Part shown: positions 13,370-25,935 of the stretch, in pieces
Layout: each line of letters begins with the position of its first letter
Position numbering within the stretch: the stretch's first letter is position 1
Assembly (NCBI GenBank): GCA_013239625.1
Contig: MU053652.1
Location: 8,754,077 to 8,818,076 of the forward strand
Length of the DNA stretch: 64,000 bases
Direction of reading: 5' to 3'
Origin: Lama guanicoe
Taxonomy: Eukaryota
The notes under the pieces: generated by a model
What the model was told of the DNA's origin: nothing
Seen by the model: only the letters and a program-made list of their open reading frames with translations
Databases searched by the model: none
Translations under genes and position numbers: made by a program

Positions 13370-14500
13370 TATAACAGTTTACTATGGGTGTTCCTGCTAG
13401 ATGGGTAGATTTCCTTCACATGGTGATTTGGGCTCTAATTTCTTCTGTTATGGCTCTTTCATTTCCTAGAGCATTGGAGTCCTCTGCATTTGACTAGCAG
13501 ATGAATGAAGAAGGCATACCTGTACCCTAATCTCATTCCCCAAAATGACTTACCACTTTTTGTTGTATTCCATTAGCTAGAACTTGCATATGTCCCTACT
13601 TATGGGGAGCTAGCTGCTTCCTAGCGCTAGTTCCATACTAGGGAAAGCATGAATTCTGGTGGACAATTAGATGAGCTCACCCTATGTAGCCTAAGATAAC
13701 AACAGTTCTCTTAGCCTTCTTCCTACACATAGAATGCGTTCACTTCAACTCAAGGGAAACAACCCAAAGTTTCATTTTGTTCTTACTTCCAGTCCAGAGT
13801 CCAACATCTCAGTCCAGGTCCAGCTATGGGTCTTTGCAGCCAGGGACCAGTGAACTAAAGTGTATGTTAACTGCCTATGGTTCCACCATCCCTCCCCACG
13901 TTGCTCAAGCACAAACCCAATATATAAAGGAGAGCTACACTGAAGCATCTCATTTGGAAAAAAAAAAAAAAAAGTGAAGTGGGAAATACACAGCAGTGAT
14001 TGTCCAATGAGAACAACAGTGAAACCCTGTCATGGCAGGCACTGTGAAGACCCCCTGCCTGGCAATGTTCAGGATCTCTTGAGTAGATCCTTATTATGTG
14101 TCTGAAAAGAAATCTTTTGTCCTTTATTGTCCCCGGCCCTTTGAGCTCTACACATTTGGGAGCTTCTTTCTTGTCTGTTATTGTTCATGGCTAAATCATG
14201 TAATGGAGTACAATCACTTTCTTCTTGTGCAATATGGAATCCTGGTAACCATTTCACAGACCACTTTTAAGATAAAGGTCAGGGCTTCTTCACCATTACC
14301 ATTTTTAGAAGTAATAGGTTTCATATCTATGGGCCTTCATTTGTTATATATGCCAGTGTTCATACCTTTGTCAGAGTCTGTTCAGAAAAAGAGACAATTC
14401 TGGGTCATTCAAATGGAGGAAATTTAACACAGGGAATTAGCTACCTGTGTGATAGAACAGAGAACGAATAAACCCAGAGACTAACAAAATCAGAAAGAGG
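13370..14500. mobile_element. Ancient LTR-retroelement fragments (MLT1J/K-like LTR plus adjacent internal or other LTR pieces)
   Basis: ttccattagctagaactt...ggggagctag is MLT1-like. A second LTR-like start occurs near 14370 (gtcagagtctgttcagaaaaagagac...aatttaacacagggaattag). Family uncertain. Confidence 0.45.
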
Positions 14501-14527
14501 TAAAATCATTAGACATTATCTGAGTTT

Positions 14528-14652
14528 GTTTGTTTTTTTTGGTGGGGGAGGTAATTAGGTTTATTTATTCATTTTAATGGAGGTACTGGGGATTGCACCC
14601 AGCACCTTGTGCATGTTAGGTAAGCACTCTACCACTGAGCTATACCCTCCCC
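14528..14652 (-). mobile_element. vic-1 type SINE with perfect 15-bp TSD
   Basis: Full tRNA-Ala-like head; TSD acattatctgagttt at 14513-14527 and 14658-14672. Confidence 0.93.
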
Positions 14653-16627
14653 ACTGCACATTATCTGAGTTTTTAATGCTGCTAAGAAGAGACCATCAGC
14701 TCTTTGCTCCTTGAGGAGCCAGCTGTATTCTTTCACCTTTCTGTGTCCCCACATAGTAAACACTCAAATGTTTGTTTAACTGAACAGAGATAAGCAATAC
14801 ATCCTTCCCCTGACATCAGTTAGAAGTACCCATTGGAAAACTGAAATGTGGCATAAATGATCATATTCAGTAGCAGGATGATCCTTAATTTGGGGATCAA
14901 CTGCAATTAATTATTTGGGGACCTTACTTAGTAGCCCATCATTGGCAGTTAGAGGATGAGAAATTGTCAAAAGTTTTAGTTTAAATATTCTCTTCCTGTA
15001 TAAGACTTTTAGATTTGGAACAATACCAATTTTCATATAAACATAGAAAGAAGAATTAAAAGGGAATAAAGTCTGTAGGTGGCTCATGCCAAAAAAAAAA
15101 TTTTTTTTTTTTTAAGGATGGGGTGGGGAGAAAGAGGAAAAGCTCTCCAGACTTGCTGGGAAAATAGCAGCTCTTAGCCATAGAGGATGTATAGCTCTAT
15201 CTTAGTCCTCGATTCTTTTTTGGAATCACCTTCTGAGTTGAAAATGACATTCCTTTGTCTACTGGTTTGAGCCAAAAACCATCAACTTATTTTACTGTTG
15301 TTTGAGAAAGAATCTGTAAAGTGCTCCATTGGACAGTTTAGCAGTCAGAAAGAACTAATTCTAGAATCTGATCGTAATTCTTGAAAACATCACAAATGCC
15401 GTTTAATCTGCTATCGGATGAGCCTTTGTATGCTTAAGTGTGCAGATGTGCTGGACTGAACGTAGGTGTGGCTTTTAGGATAGGCTTGAGAAAAGTCTCA
15501 AAATAGTAGATATAGTTAGCAACTTGGAAGTTGAGAATAGTTTGAGAAGCCTTTATGATTATGTTGTCTTTCCTAGAAAGAGAATGAGCCTTGCTTGAAG
15601 ATTTCTCAGTGATGGGTTCCACTTATACGTGGACAGGAAGAGTTTCTTTTCAGCGGGGCGTGCCAAATTCATTTGCCATGTTGTGCTTTAAAAACATTTT
15701 ACGTACCTGAGCATGTTTATAATTCTTCCATTGGCACGGAAACTTCAAATTTACTTACTTTTCATGTTGGTTTAAAATGAGAACGGCTTAAAATATAATG
15801 TACTGCGTTTCATATCTTTATTTTATCCTTCAGAATATAGTGCTCCCATTTAAAAATATCCATTAAGGCTGAAAATACGCCATGTCTAAATAGTGTCATG
15901 ACTGACTAAAAAGGGGAAGGTGCTTTTTTTAAATCTATGTGACACCTAACATCTGAAGAGTAAGCTTTTCCTTCCTGTGTTGGTGTTGTGAAATAATCAC
16001 CTGATAACCGGGCAGTTTTATTAAAAATAATTACTTTGCTTCAATCATCATAATATCATCTTTATAGTTTTGAAAACACGTAGTCAGGGGAAAAAATCCT
16101 TCTTTGGTATCACTCTAGAGCAGAAAATGTGCTATGGTCAGTCTTTCCCATCTCTAATTGAGCTGATTTCCTTTAATACTCTTTTGCAATGAAAATATTA
16201 AAACACAAGGTGTATTTCTGCTGCTTCAGGTAATTGGTTTTGCTTTTTAAGCATGCTATCTGTAATTTCAAAGGATATTTCTTTCTGAACTTCTTTGCCC
16301 TGAGGAGTTTAGAGTAGTCTTGAAATTATGGGTGTCTATTAAGTATGTTTCAACTGTCAATTCAACTGTAGCTTCTGTGCTATGAACTCATTAAGAAGTG
16401 CACAGGAAGAAAACTCATTATGTGATAATATGAAAGCACATATTTGTCAAAAAAATAAATGCATCTGTATTGAAAACCCATCTGCTGTGGTGGGAGTGAA
16501 ATGGTTTATTAGACACATTCAGGCGTGACGCCACCTTTTCAAATAGGAAAATGTAGAGAAAAGATTTCAGTTCTACTTAGACATTCTGTAATGTGCACCT
16601 AAATGTTTTCCTATTTGTCCCTTACAG

Positions 16628-16767
16628 GTGATATTATACCCAACTTCTAATAGCTCCAAGTCAGCTGAGTTGCACCGAATGATAGTTCCAAAAAATAGCC
16701 AGGACTCTGACTTAAAAATCAAATTGGCAGTGCGAATGGATAAACCACCACATATGAAACATAGTGG
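16628..16767 (+). CDS. CADPS2: CADPS2 internal coding exon (about exon 8 in human numbering); C-terminal part of C2 region and linker to the PH domain
   Basis: Acceptor ttttcctatttgtcccttacag|GTG and donor AGTGG|gtgagt. The 140 nt are 46 codons plus GG and translate to [46 protein letters not shown](G), recognised as CAPS2 rather than CAPS1. Exon number is from memory. Confidence 0.96.
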
Positions 16768-17920
16768 GTGAGTGTGGACTTGAAGATATTTTTCTCCTGA
16801 GTTACTGGATTTCATTTCATTGTATCGCTTTTGTCATTTTACCAAGAGCCAATATATCAGTCTTTTACGTGGAGTTTTTCCCCCACAAAAATGACATACA
16901 TAGGTTAACTTAATTTTTTTTTAAATTTGTGGACATCTTCATAGCTAATTACAAGGGTATTTAGTTAATATAACCGTTTGCATGCTATCATAATATTGGT
17001 GCTTGGTTGCATTGGTGTTACACATCACTTACATTGATAAAGAACAGTGATGTATTGATAACTTCTAAGAAATATTTTTCGAAACACAGTAATAGTTGAA
17101 ACCAGTCTAGCATTCAGATCCCCAGAAATAGTTAAACTGACAAAGAATACATTAAAGCTAAACAGCGATTCAGATATAACCCAGGAGGCTGTACAAGTTT
17201 TGATGGGAGGGGCGTGAGTATCCATCTAATATATGAGTGAGAAACTAAATCAATACTGGAGGAAACTGACACTGGCGAATAACTAGAAATGCAGGGACCG
17301 TCCCCTGGGGATTGTGTGTGTCGGAGTCAACATCCATCTCCGCAGAGGTTCTTTTTCCCTGTGTAGCTGGTGAGGAAACAGATCTGAACTCTTGACTACA
17401 ATAAAATGAGTTTTTAAAAAACCCAGGTCTTTCTCAGGTTTACAGCCAAATCGCAGCACAGGGGTGTTAGCCATGAGGAAAGGCTGTGTCGACTTTTCTT
17501 ACTAAGGAGAGAAGCAGTTGCATTCCTGTACAGAGACGCTCTCTGCTGGCTTTGGAGCCAGATCACCAACCCTGTGGCAGAGTTAACTGATAAGTCGACA
17601 AGATACGGATTCTTCGGATGACCATCAGGGAAAACAAAATGAGGCTCTGAGCAGAAGGCAGCCCAGACGTTATCTACCAGTTGGGCTGAGACTCTAAGGA
17701 TGATGTTGCTTCCTTGGTTTGGGTCTGCGGTGGTGTATGCGGTGTCAGACCTAGTCTCACTGAGGGAGACAGCACCTCAGTGGGTGGGCTCTCAGAAAGG
17801 GAATAGTACTTTGGGTGTCCCAGGTTATGGCATCTTTAACGCAGCAAAGCACAGTCTAACCAGGAGTCAGCTCGTGATGAAAGTGGAGTTCCCGGAACTT
17901 ACTGTTTAGAGTTCTTTCTC

Positions 17921-18460
17921 CATTCACCCACCTACCTGCTCACTGTTGATTCATACAGCAGACAGGTATGGAGCACTTCCTCTGCTCCAGCCAGGACAAA
18001 CCTCCTTGAGAGATCATCCCAGGCCTGAAGGATCTGGCTAGCCAAGGATTCAGGCTTGTGTACAAATAATTCTAATACTGAGTGATAACGTGCTGTAAGA
18101 GAGGAATGGGAACTAGTGGAAATAACACCTGATTCTAGCTGGAGTTAGTCACAGACAGTCTCACAAGACACCTGACTTTTGAGATGAAGCTTGAAGAATG
18201 AATTCAGCCGGTGGGCAGTGGGGAGGAGGGGCCATCTAGGCACGTGACATAGCGTGTACACGGGCAGGAGATCTGGAAGGGCTATTAGCCATTCATGGCA
18301 ATTGTGGTATAGCTGGCAAAGGGTGCTTTAAGACTAGAGAGTTATAGTACCACTGCTCTGAAGTGCTGAGAGACCAGTAGAAACCAGAGGTAAGTAGAAG
18401 GGAACCCATTATGTTCCAGGCACTGTAGTTTCGTCTCTACGATTTTGAACTCAGTCTCTT
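17921..18460 (-). mobile_element. LINE-2 3' fragment
   Basis: cattcacc...attcatacagcagacaggtatggagcacttcctctg, then tttgagatgaagcttgaagaatga, typical of antisense L2. Confidence 0.6.
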
Positions 18461-21400
18461 GATGAATTGCACAAGCATCAGGAACCTATGTATTATAACG
18501 CCAAGACAGCTCCTAATTTGCACATGGGCAGAGCCATGATGAATACCCTTAGGGCCTTCAGAATGTCCCACGAACCAAGATTGAACATGAAGTTGGGCAC
18601 ACAGCAAGTTCTGAAGCCTTCAGCTCTTGCGGAAAGAAAGCTCTGCTCTAATCCTGAGGGTTTTCTTGCTCTAGGTTGCTCCAGGGCAGGTGGTACAATC
18701 CAGTCACCTTCCAAGGCTTGATTTTTTTTTTTTCACTCACTCCTTTGCAGTGGAGGAGAATTGGTTTATATCTCAGAGCCCTTTGACTAAATGAGGACCC
18801 CCTAGAATGGTTCTGGAGTTGGCTTCTGCCCAGCCTCACTACAGGTGAAGGAGATGACAAAAGAGAATGTACCATAGTCTCTAAATTTAATCTGTAAAGC
18901 TCAAGAACTTTATCATTATCTGCCATTGCTAAAAGATACTAACAGGTATTTCCAGACATTCAGGTAACTCGAGGTTATGGGATATAAAAGGGAGAAATTC
19001 CAGGACTGAAAATATCTGTGATGCTTTTCTGCTAGTTGGTGTGTTACAGAACATAATTAAGAATATCATATTCCCTAATAATTAATCAAAAATCTAATTC
19101 CAGTGTTGGACATAATAATAATGATCAACCAGAATTTCAACATTGCTGTAATAGCAATTTATCATGGTGGGCAGAGATAGGGCAGGTGCTTTATTTACCA
19201 CAAGTGCCTGTGTGGTAACAGTTTTAAATATTTTGAACATCATCCCTATGTTTAGATGTATACGGGAAAACATGACTTGCCCCGCAGCATGAACCATATT
19301 CATCTTTTTTGTGGTGCTTCATAGATGGATTTTACTGAACTTAGTTACTTTTAAGAAGAGGAAGTCAACTAACCTTTTTCTTCCAAGTGCTCCATCATAT
19401 GAGATAACATAATAAGAGTAGCAGATTAATAGCATTTTGCTTTTGGGCTGGATTATGTTCTGTCAATAATTCATCCTATAACAGATGATTAACAGATGAA
19501 TAATGAATAATTGAAAACAGACAAGTTTTAAAAAGATTAATTTACCTTTTAAAATACAGCAAACTCCTCTTACAGATAGAGTTGTCAAAAGTAGATTAAA
19601 CACACAGAGGGGTTATGGATTTTTATCCTTGGAGCACTTTTCAGAACCAGACTTTGAAATCCTTTGGGACTTAAAACTCATAAAAACCTATTCTCTGTTT
19701 TAATACTATGGGCAATAAGTGTATCTCTTATGTGAACTCTTTTAACATGTATTTCCTTTTATTCATTTATTATATGTATGTGGCCCCTGTACTATTCCTA
19801 AATAAGTATATGTATTAATGTTATCTATATTTTTATGTGTTCTCAACTACACTGTTTAAGTTTCATAGGCCTGTTTGAACCCCTAGTACCTCCCACTATG
19901 AGTAAACAAGGATAGATATTAATATGAATAATGATTATGAGATGATAATAATGTGCTCATTAGAGTTTTAAGGAAAAAATGATGACAGTCATGTGCCTTC
20001 ATAAGTTGAAGGACACTAAAGTTTTAGAAGTTTTAAAACAATTTATAGAGGATAGAGCATAATTTAAAGTAAAAAATATCTAAAAGAAATGAATGGTGTT
20101 TGAATCACAATTGTTGCATTTTAAAATGACTTTTTTTTTTTTTGAAGCAGAAAGAAAAATATATCCAATCTAAAATACAGGTGTCTGATCATTGATCAGT
20201 CCCTGACTGCACATTATAGTTTTTTCTAATAGGACTGACAACATGCAAATGAAAATAGACATTTAATTTGGATAACATAAACATAATGATGGTTTCATTC
20301 TTTCAAAACCAAACTGAACATTACCACGTGATATATATTTGGTAAAAATTTGGGTTCATTTATTGTTTGGGCTTATGTTATATAAACGAATTACATAAAC
20401 TATTACATAAATATGTTAAATGAATTTCCAGCTAGATTTTGAGTGGTTAAATAATTTACATTCAGCTTTTGAATTTCCCTTCCTGCTTCCTTGAGTGGCT
20501 GGAAGACAGACGCGTTCTGGAACCAATGGACTATCCTTTAGCATAGCCTAGTGGCTGAGTAACAGTATTAAATCTCAGGACTACTGTTTCTGTTTTTCTT
20601 AATTAAATCGTATTTTCCTAATTCAAATATTACTTTCTCAATCAGAAAAGTAAAATAAAATGGAACTAATAAATGACTCTTAGGACAATTAAATCTGCAG
20701 CTGAAAAGGAGAAAGGAGAAAATTAAATTGTTGCAAATATGTGGAAGCATTATGACCAGGATCTACCAAAAGTCTGCATTGTAACTGATTACCTTTATAG
20801 TAAAAAAAATAAATAAATAAAACTTCATGAATATGTAACTATAGAAGAATTTTATCACAGTTAAAGTCAGTAATATAAAGTGTTAGCCAAATCACTGCCA
20901 TGTAAATCTCATCATTCTCTGTGTGTAAAGTTATAATGAAAGATATAATGAAGTGCTTTGAAATTGTCATATATGAAACTCCATTTAATGTACATCATAA
21001 AAGTGTAGAAGACTTTGGGTCCACCTCTTGCTGCAGAGAAGAGACAACAGTTGAATTTCCAGCAGGGAGAACAGGATAATTAAGCCCCAACCTGGCTGTT
21101 TTATTGCCTTCGATGCTTTCCTGTCGGAGGACGGCATCCAGGGGCTGTGGTGTGATGCCGGCAGAACCTTCAGTCACATTCTTAATATTCAAGTGCGACA
21201 GTTGCTCCTAAATTGAAATGACTGCCCTCTAATAAAATTGAATTATTTTGTTTTCGATTTAACGTTTATGGTCTTCAGGTAGTTTAGGGGACAGTGTGAA
21301 GACCAAACGGGGGAAAATCTTTTTTTTTTTTTTTAATCAAAATAGCACTCACTTGGAGGATCCAGACAAAAAGACAAGTCTGTTTTTTTTCCTCAGGGAA

Positions 21401-22564
21401 AACTGATTTCTCATTTTAAAGCAACCTTTTAGCAGGATTCTGCTGCATGTCCTTGTCTAAAATAACCACGTTTTGGCATCTCACCTTCACCTGAAGCTAC
21501 ATATGGGTCTGTTTGCATTCCCAATTTATTACCTCATTCTGGCTTACCCAGATTTCATAGACGTCCCATTCCTTGTAGCCTTTTCAAAACTTCTGACAAA
21601 GTGCTGCTAGGTGCTTAATACATGATTGATTCTTTTTCTAAATACAGCATTAAGAAGAGAAGTCTGTCTGAAAGTACTTTATAAACATTGATGTAAGCAT
21701 TGTAGAATGATTAAAAAGAATAAGTCATAAAGTCAACTTTCTTTTTCCAAATGTCTTAATATTCATGTCATTTTTATACATACTAATATAAATCATCAAG
21801 AACTGCAGCTTTCTTTCTAATGCACTAGTGATTAATAAATTATATTATAATATTAGAAACATTTTTAAGCATAGCCTTAATAATCATTAAACTAAATGTT
21901 TTAACTTGTTATACTCCTTTGCAAAACTTTTCTGATTTCTCCTGTGACAAATTAGTTTGTCTGTAACTTTTCAGCTCAAATTGTGGCTTTCTGTTCAACA
22001 CAAAATTTTTCTCCAGGGGAGCAATATCTTAACATACATTATTTGCCTCTCCTGCTTTTCAGGCATCAAATCACTACTCTTTTTTGCTTTTAGACACCCT
22101 TCAGTATCACATCTGGACATCTTAAACAAAGCTACTTTAGGTCAAATAGTTAAGGGTGGAAGATTAGCTACTTCTTTATTTTCTTTCAGAAACCACAGAC
22201 AGTATTCATTGGTTATCTCAATTAATTTGGGGCACTTTTCAAGAAAGTATAGTGAAAACTATTTAGGAAGATTATAAAATTTTGTGAACAGCTAATGCAC
22301 ATTAATGGAATGGAATGGTTTCATCTTCTTAATTGATGCCTTGCTGTAAAACTTTTATACTATATACTTGACACAGTGGTACTTTTTATTCATCTGCGCA
22401 TATTCAGAAGTTTGGAAATATTGACACTGAGTTAATAAAGCTAAACTCCTGCGCTTGTTAAGTGCCTGAGCATTGCGGAAGGTCAAGAAAAATTTGGACA
22501 TGATTTAAAGATACTTATTTTTAATTTGTTCCTCTGGTACATGTACCTCAATTGTGGCAAAGAC

Positions 22565-22760
22565 AGAGGATGGTACAATAGCAGTTATGTACAGTAAGCA
22601 TTAGTTTCAAAGCCAAGACCCTTGTATTTGGTCTCAGTTCTGTCACTAACTTGGGTAAGTCACTGCATTCTTTTTTTTTGGCCTTGGTTTCATCAATTAC
22701 TGAAGGAGACAGTGGGGTAGAATATTGAATGGCTCCTTAGACCCTCAGGAAATTGTAACT
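22565..22760 (+). mobile_element. MIR SINE
   Basis: ctcagttctgtcactaacttgggtaagtcact...gccttggtttcatc core. Confidence 0.62.
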
Positions 22761-23302
22761 CAGTGAATCATTTCCTTCCCTCACCTTGCCAGGTGCATTT
22801 TGACTAATGCCATAGCACGTCATCCAGATAGAGGAGGTAAGGATTCGGGGGAAACAGAAGTGGTAAAAGCGAAGGCAATGGGAAGAGATATGACAGATTT
22901 GGGAATTTATTTAAAAGGAAGTATGAAGACTGACGAGAAACATAAGGCTTCTGTTATTAAGATAAATTTGAAAAATGCACACTGTGAAGTTGTTTATACT
23001 CTGATAGTAGGAAAACACAGATGCATATGAAAATTCAGAAAGGAAATACTCTAAACATACTGAACAGAATACAGCTATGGGTGAAATTGTTTCTGTTTTC
23101 CAGACTTTCTGTGATGTCATTATTACTACTTTCATGGTGAAAGACTGAAGTTTCTCAAACTGGAAAAAAAAAAAGCAAACAAGTTTTCTTTTGACTGACA
23201 ATACTTAAATTTGTTTTACCAAAAATCTAGTTGTTAGGGAAATGTTTGAGAGGATTCCTTAAGGTAAGACATAAAGATCTCTTGTCCATCCAGTCTTTAA
23301 GG

Positions 23303-23560
23303 GGACAGTGTGGTTTAGGGGTCTGAACTCTGGAGCTAGACTGTCTGCCTTCACATTCTGGCTGCATCTCTTAATAGCTGTGAAATCTGGGGAAAGTTAT
23401 AAAACTTTCATAGCTTTGCCTCAGTTTCCTCATCTGCAAAATGAAAATGTTAGTAGAACCTACCTCGCAGAATTGTTTGGAGGAGCAATATTTTAATGTG
23501 TGTAATGTGCTTACGAGGGTGGCAGGCTGGCTCACAGTAGTACCCAATATGTTTAGCTAA
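23303..23560 (+). mobile_element. MIR SINE, near full length
   Basis: ctctggagctagactg...gcctcagtttcctcatctgcaaaatg...acctacctcgcag core and tail. Confidence 0.88.
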
Positions 23561-23769
23561 ATATGTTTACTCCATATTTTAGATAAAAACCCTAAGGCTT
23601 CTATATCTCTGAGTTGAGGTACTTATACAAGAAGGAAAAATAAACATTAAATTTTTAAAATGTGAAACAAACCAAAGCCCTTTAAGAAATAAGGCATGAC
23701 CTCCATTCCATCCCCCACTTCTGACTCCCAGCTCTGTTCCTTCTCAAGCACCCAGGAGGGCTGCAGCTG

Positions 23770-23925
23770 GGCAGGAGGGGGGCCTGAACTGAGAGACCTG
23801 GGCTCCGGCCAGTTCTGCCTTCTGGTCACGCTGGGTCCGCAGTCACGTTGGCTTCTTCGTCTTTATTTTTGAAACAACATATTGAACTCCCTAAGTGATC
23901 TTTAGGTTTCTTCCAGCTCTGAAAT
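23770..23925 (+). mobile_element. MIR/MIR3-like SINE
   Basis: gagacctgggctcc...ttctgcc head and tgatctttaggtttcttccagctctgaaatct tail. Confidence 0.55.
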
Positions 23926-24074
23926 CTTTTTTCCTGTAATTCTTTATTTTAAGTCGAACAGTAGACCTCTCTTAAGGAAAATAAGCTGGAAATGTTCACA
24001 TTCCTGAGCAGGATAGAAACAGTTCAGTGACTTTCAAGCCACATTTTTCTCTTTGAGGACATTTTCATAAACAG

Positions 24075-24300
24075 GAAGCAGGGTACAGGATGATACAGAA
24101 CAGGCTTTGGAGTTAGACCTGGGTTCACATTTTAGCCCTGTCATTTTTTTATGCAAACTCAGTCAAGTTTTAACTTTTCCTAGCCTCTGTTTTCTCAACT
24201 GTAAAGTTGAGATTGTCCTGAGCATGTGATGAGATACGCTAATAAATCATGTAGCACAGTACCTGTCACATAGTAAGTGCTCAATTAACTAGTGACAATC
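24075..24300 (+). mobile_element. MIR SINE
   Basis: ggctttggagttagacctgggttc...gcctctgttttctcaactgtaaa...acatagtaagtgctcaat. Confidence 0.85.
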
Positions 24301-24629
24301 ACTAAAATAAGCATTTTTAAAAATTATAGTTCCTCGAACTATAATAAAACCTTCTAGTTTTAATCACGTCATTTGATTTTATTTGAAAGAAAATGCTCAG
24401 ATACTGATGGGAAAATAACAGTGCACAAATCCTCACTAATTCCTTGAGAATATAAAAGTTATATCCCACACTGAGACCCTCTGCTTAATTGTTAGACTTT
24501 AATTTACATTTTTATTTGACAGCTATTATGGATGTTGGTGGTGGCCATGGTTTATTTCTCTTTGTGTGTGTGCTTTGCTGCTCACTTCATTTTGCCTTCG
24601 CTATGTCCAGAGGAAGAAAAATGAAAATA

Positions 24630-24849
24630 CAGTTGATTCTTGAGCAACATGGCTTTGAACTGTGTGTGTCCACTTACCCTTGGATTTTTTGTTTTTCAGT
24701 AGTAAGTACTGCAGTTCTGCACCATCAGTGGTCCGTTGAATCCAAAGATCCAAAGGAGCCACAAGTGGGGATAGCCAAAGTAATAGGAGGATTTTCTGCC
24801 GAGTGGAGGTTGGGCACCCCTGGCCTCCACGTTGCTCAAGGGTCAACTG
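24630..24849. mobile_element. Tigger2-derived TcMar MITE (220 bp) with both TIRs and TA TSD
   Basis: Left TIR cagttgattcttgagcaac; right gttgctcaagggtcaactg (reverse complement cagttgacccttgagcaac). TA at 24628-24629 and 24850-24851. Confidence 0.9.
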
Positions 24850-25569
24850 TATTACATAAGAGCTTTCCACTGTGTCTGAGCAACTGACCTGAATGATTTA
24901 TCTAAGAAATAAGCCCAAGTTCTAAGAAAGAACACCTGGAGATTATTTCATAGCAAGTGAGAAGAATTCGATAGAACTTCTCTCTTTGTTTTAGTCCAGG
25001 GCAGTCTAACTTATTTTTAAATGGCAAATGTTTTCAAAGCATGATGTTTTAAATAACTGGTGTGGTACCTTTTGTATGTTTAGTGCAGTTGCTAAAATGT
25101 TTAGTTTCCATCTTCTTAAATCATTAGACAAGTTTTACTTGACCTCCATAGCTCTAAACAGTCGATCAGATCTTGCTGTCTTGTGGTATTAACATTTGTT
25201 CACTTTTCAATAAGTTGTCGATCTCAATTTGTGCATACCAAAAAAATTCATTTTCACTTTATCTCAGTTTTTTTTTTTTTTTTGCTTTTTAAATTATAGG
25301 TTTATAAGTGCTTCATTTAAGGAGAGAATTGATATGCCTGAACAGCTTACCCAGTACTTGCTGGGCAAAAGACTTTTATTTTGTAGTTACCATAGCACCC
25401 AGGACATTCATGGGATTGAACAGCCTGTATTTGCTGATGTTTTATGAAAATAATCACTGGGAGTGATTGGTGTCTTTGAGATGAGAGTTTTAAAGCTGCT
25501 TCTTGAACATTCTCAGCTGGTTCCTGATATAGGACCGTGGCAGTTGCTGACACTATTACAGAATATTCT

Positions 25570-25935
25570 TACCCTATGCCTACCCCCGCCTCCCTTCTGA
25601 CAGTTTTCTCATCAGAGGCCATCTCTGCAGTGAGGCTCGTGTCAACCACCCTGCATAGAGTAATGCTCTTCTCTCGCCACTGCTAGATCTCTTTTAACCT
25701 GCTTCATTCTTAACCTCTAATTACCCGTATTATATTTATTGGCTGCTATCTATTGACTTTCTCACCAATCGAAGTGGTATCTCTATTTGGGTGATTTGCC
25801 GTTGACCAGCTCCCCAGCCAAATCTAATTTCTAAAAGATAGAACCTTGCCTTATTCACTGCTATTTTAAAATCCAGTTTTTAGAAAATTGAGTGCCACTT
25901 AGCAGTCGTTGAAATAAATATTTGTTGAATGAATG
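25570..25935 (+). mobile_element. LINE-2 3' end
   Basis: ttgccttattcactgcta...aataaatatttgttgaatgaatg L2 tail. Confidence 0.68.

Noticed and set aside
16208..16235. tttctgctgcttcag|gtaatt as a recursive splice site
   Set aside because: Short tract, weaker donor and only ~400 bp from the real acceptor; expected by chance.
16573..16815. 80-aa ORF on the - strand over the exon
   Set aside because: Antisense shadow of the real CADPS2 exon; no recognisable protein.
18381..18396. Strong donor GAG|GTAAGT
   Set aside because: No credible upstream pyrimidine tract or acceptor; lies in an L2 remnant.
19120..19250. Possible hAT-type DNA transposon end (ttttaaatattttgaacatcatccct)
   Set aside because: Too short and degenerate to assign without a database search.
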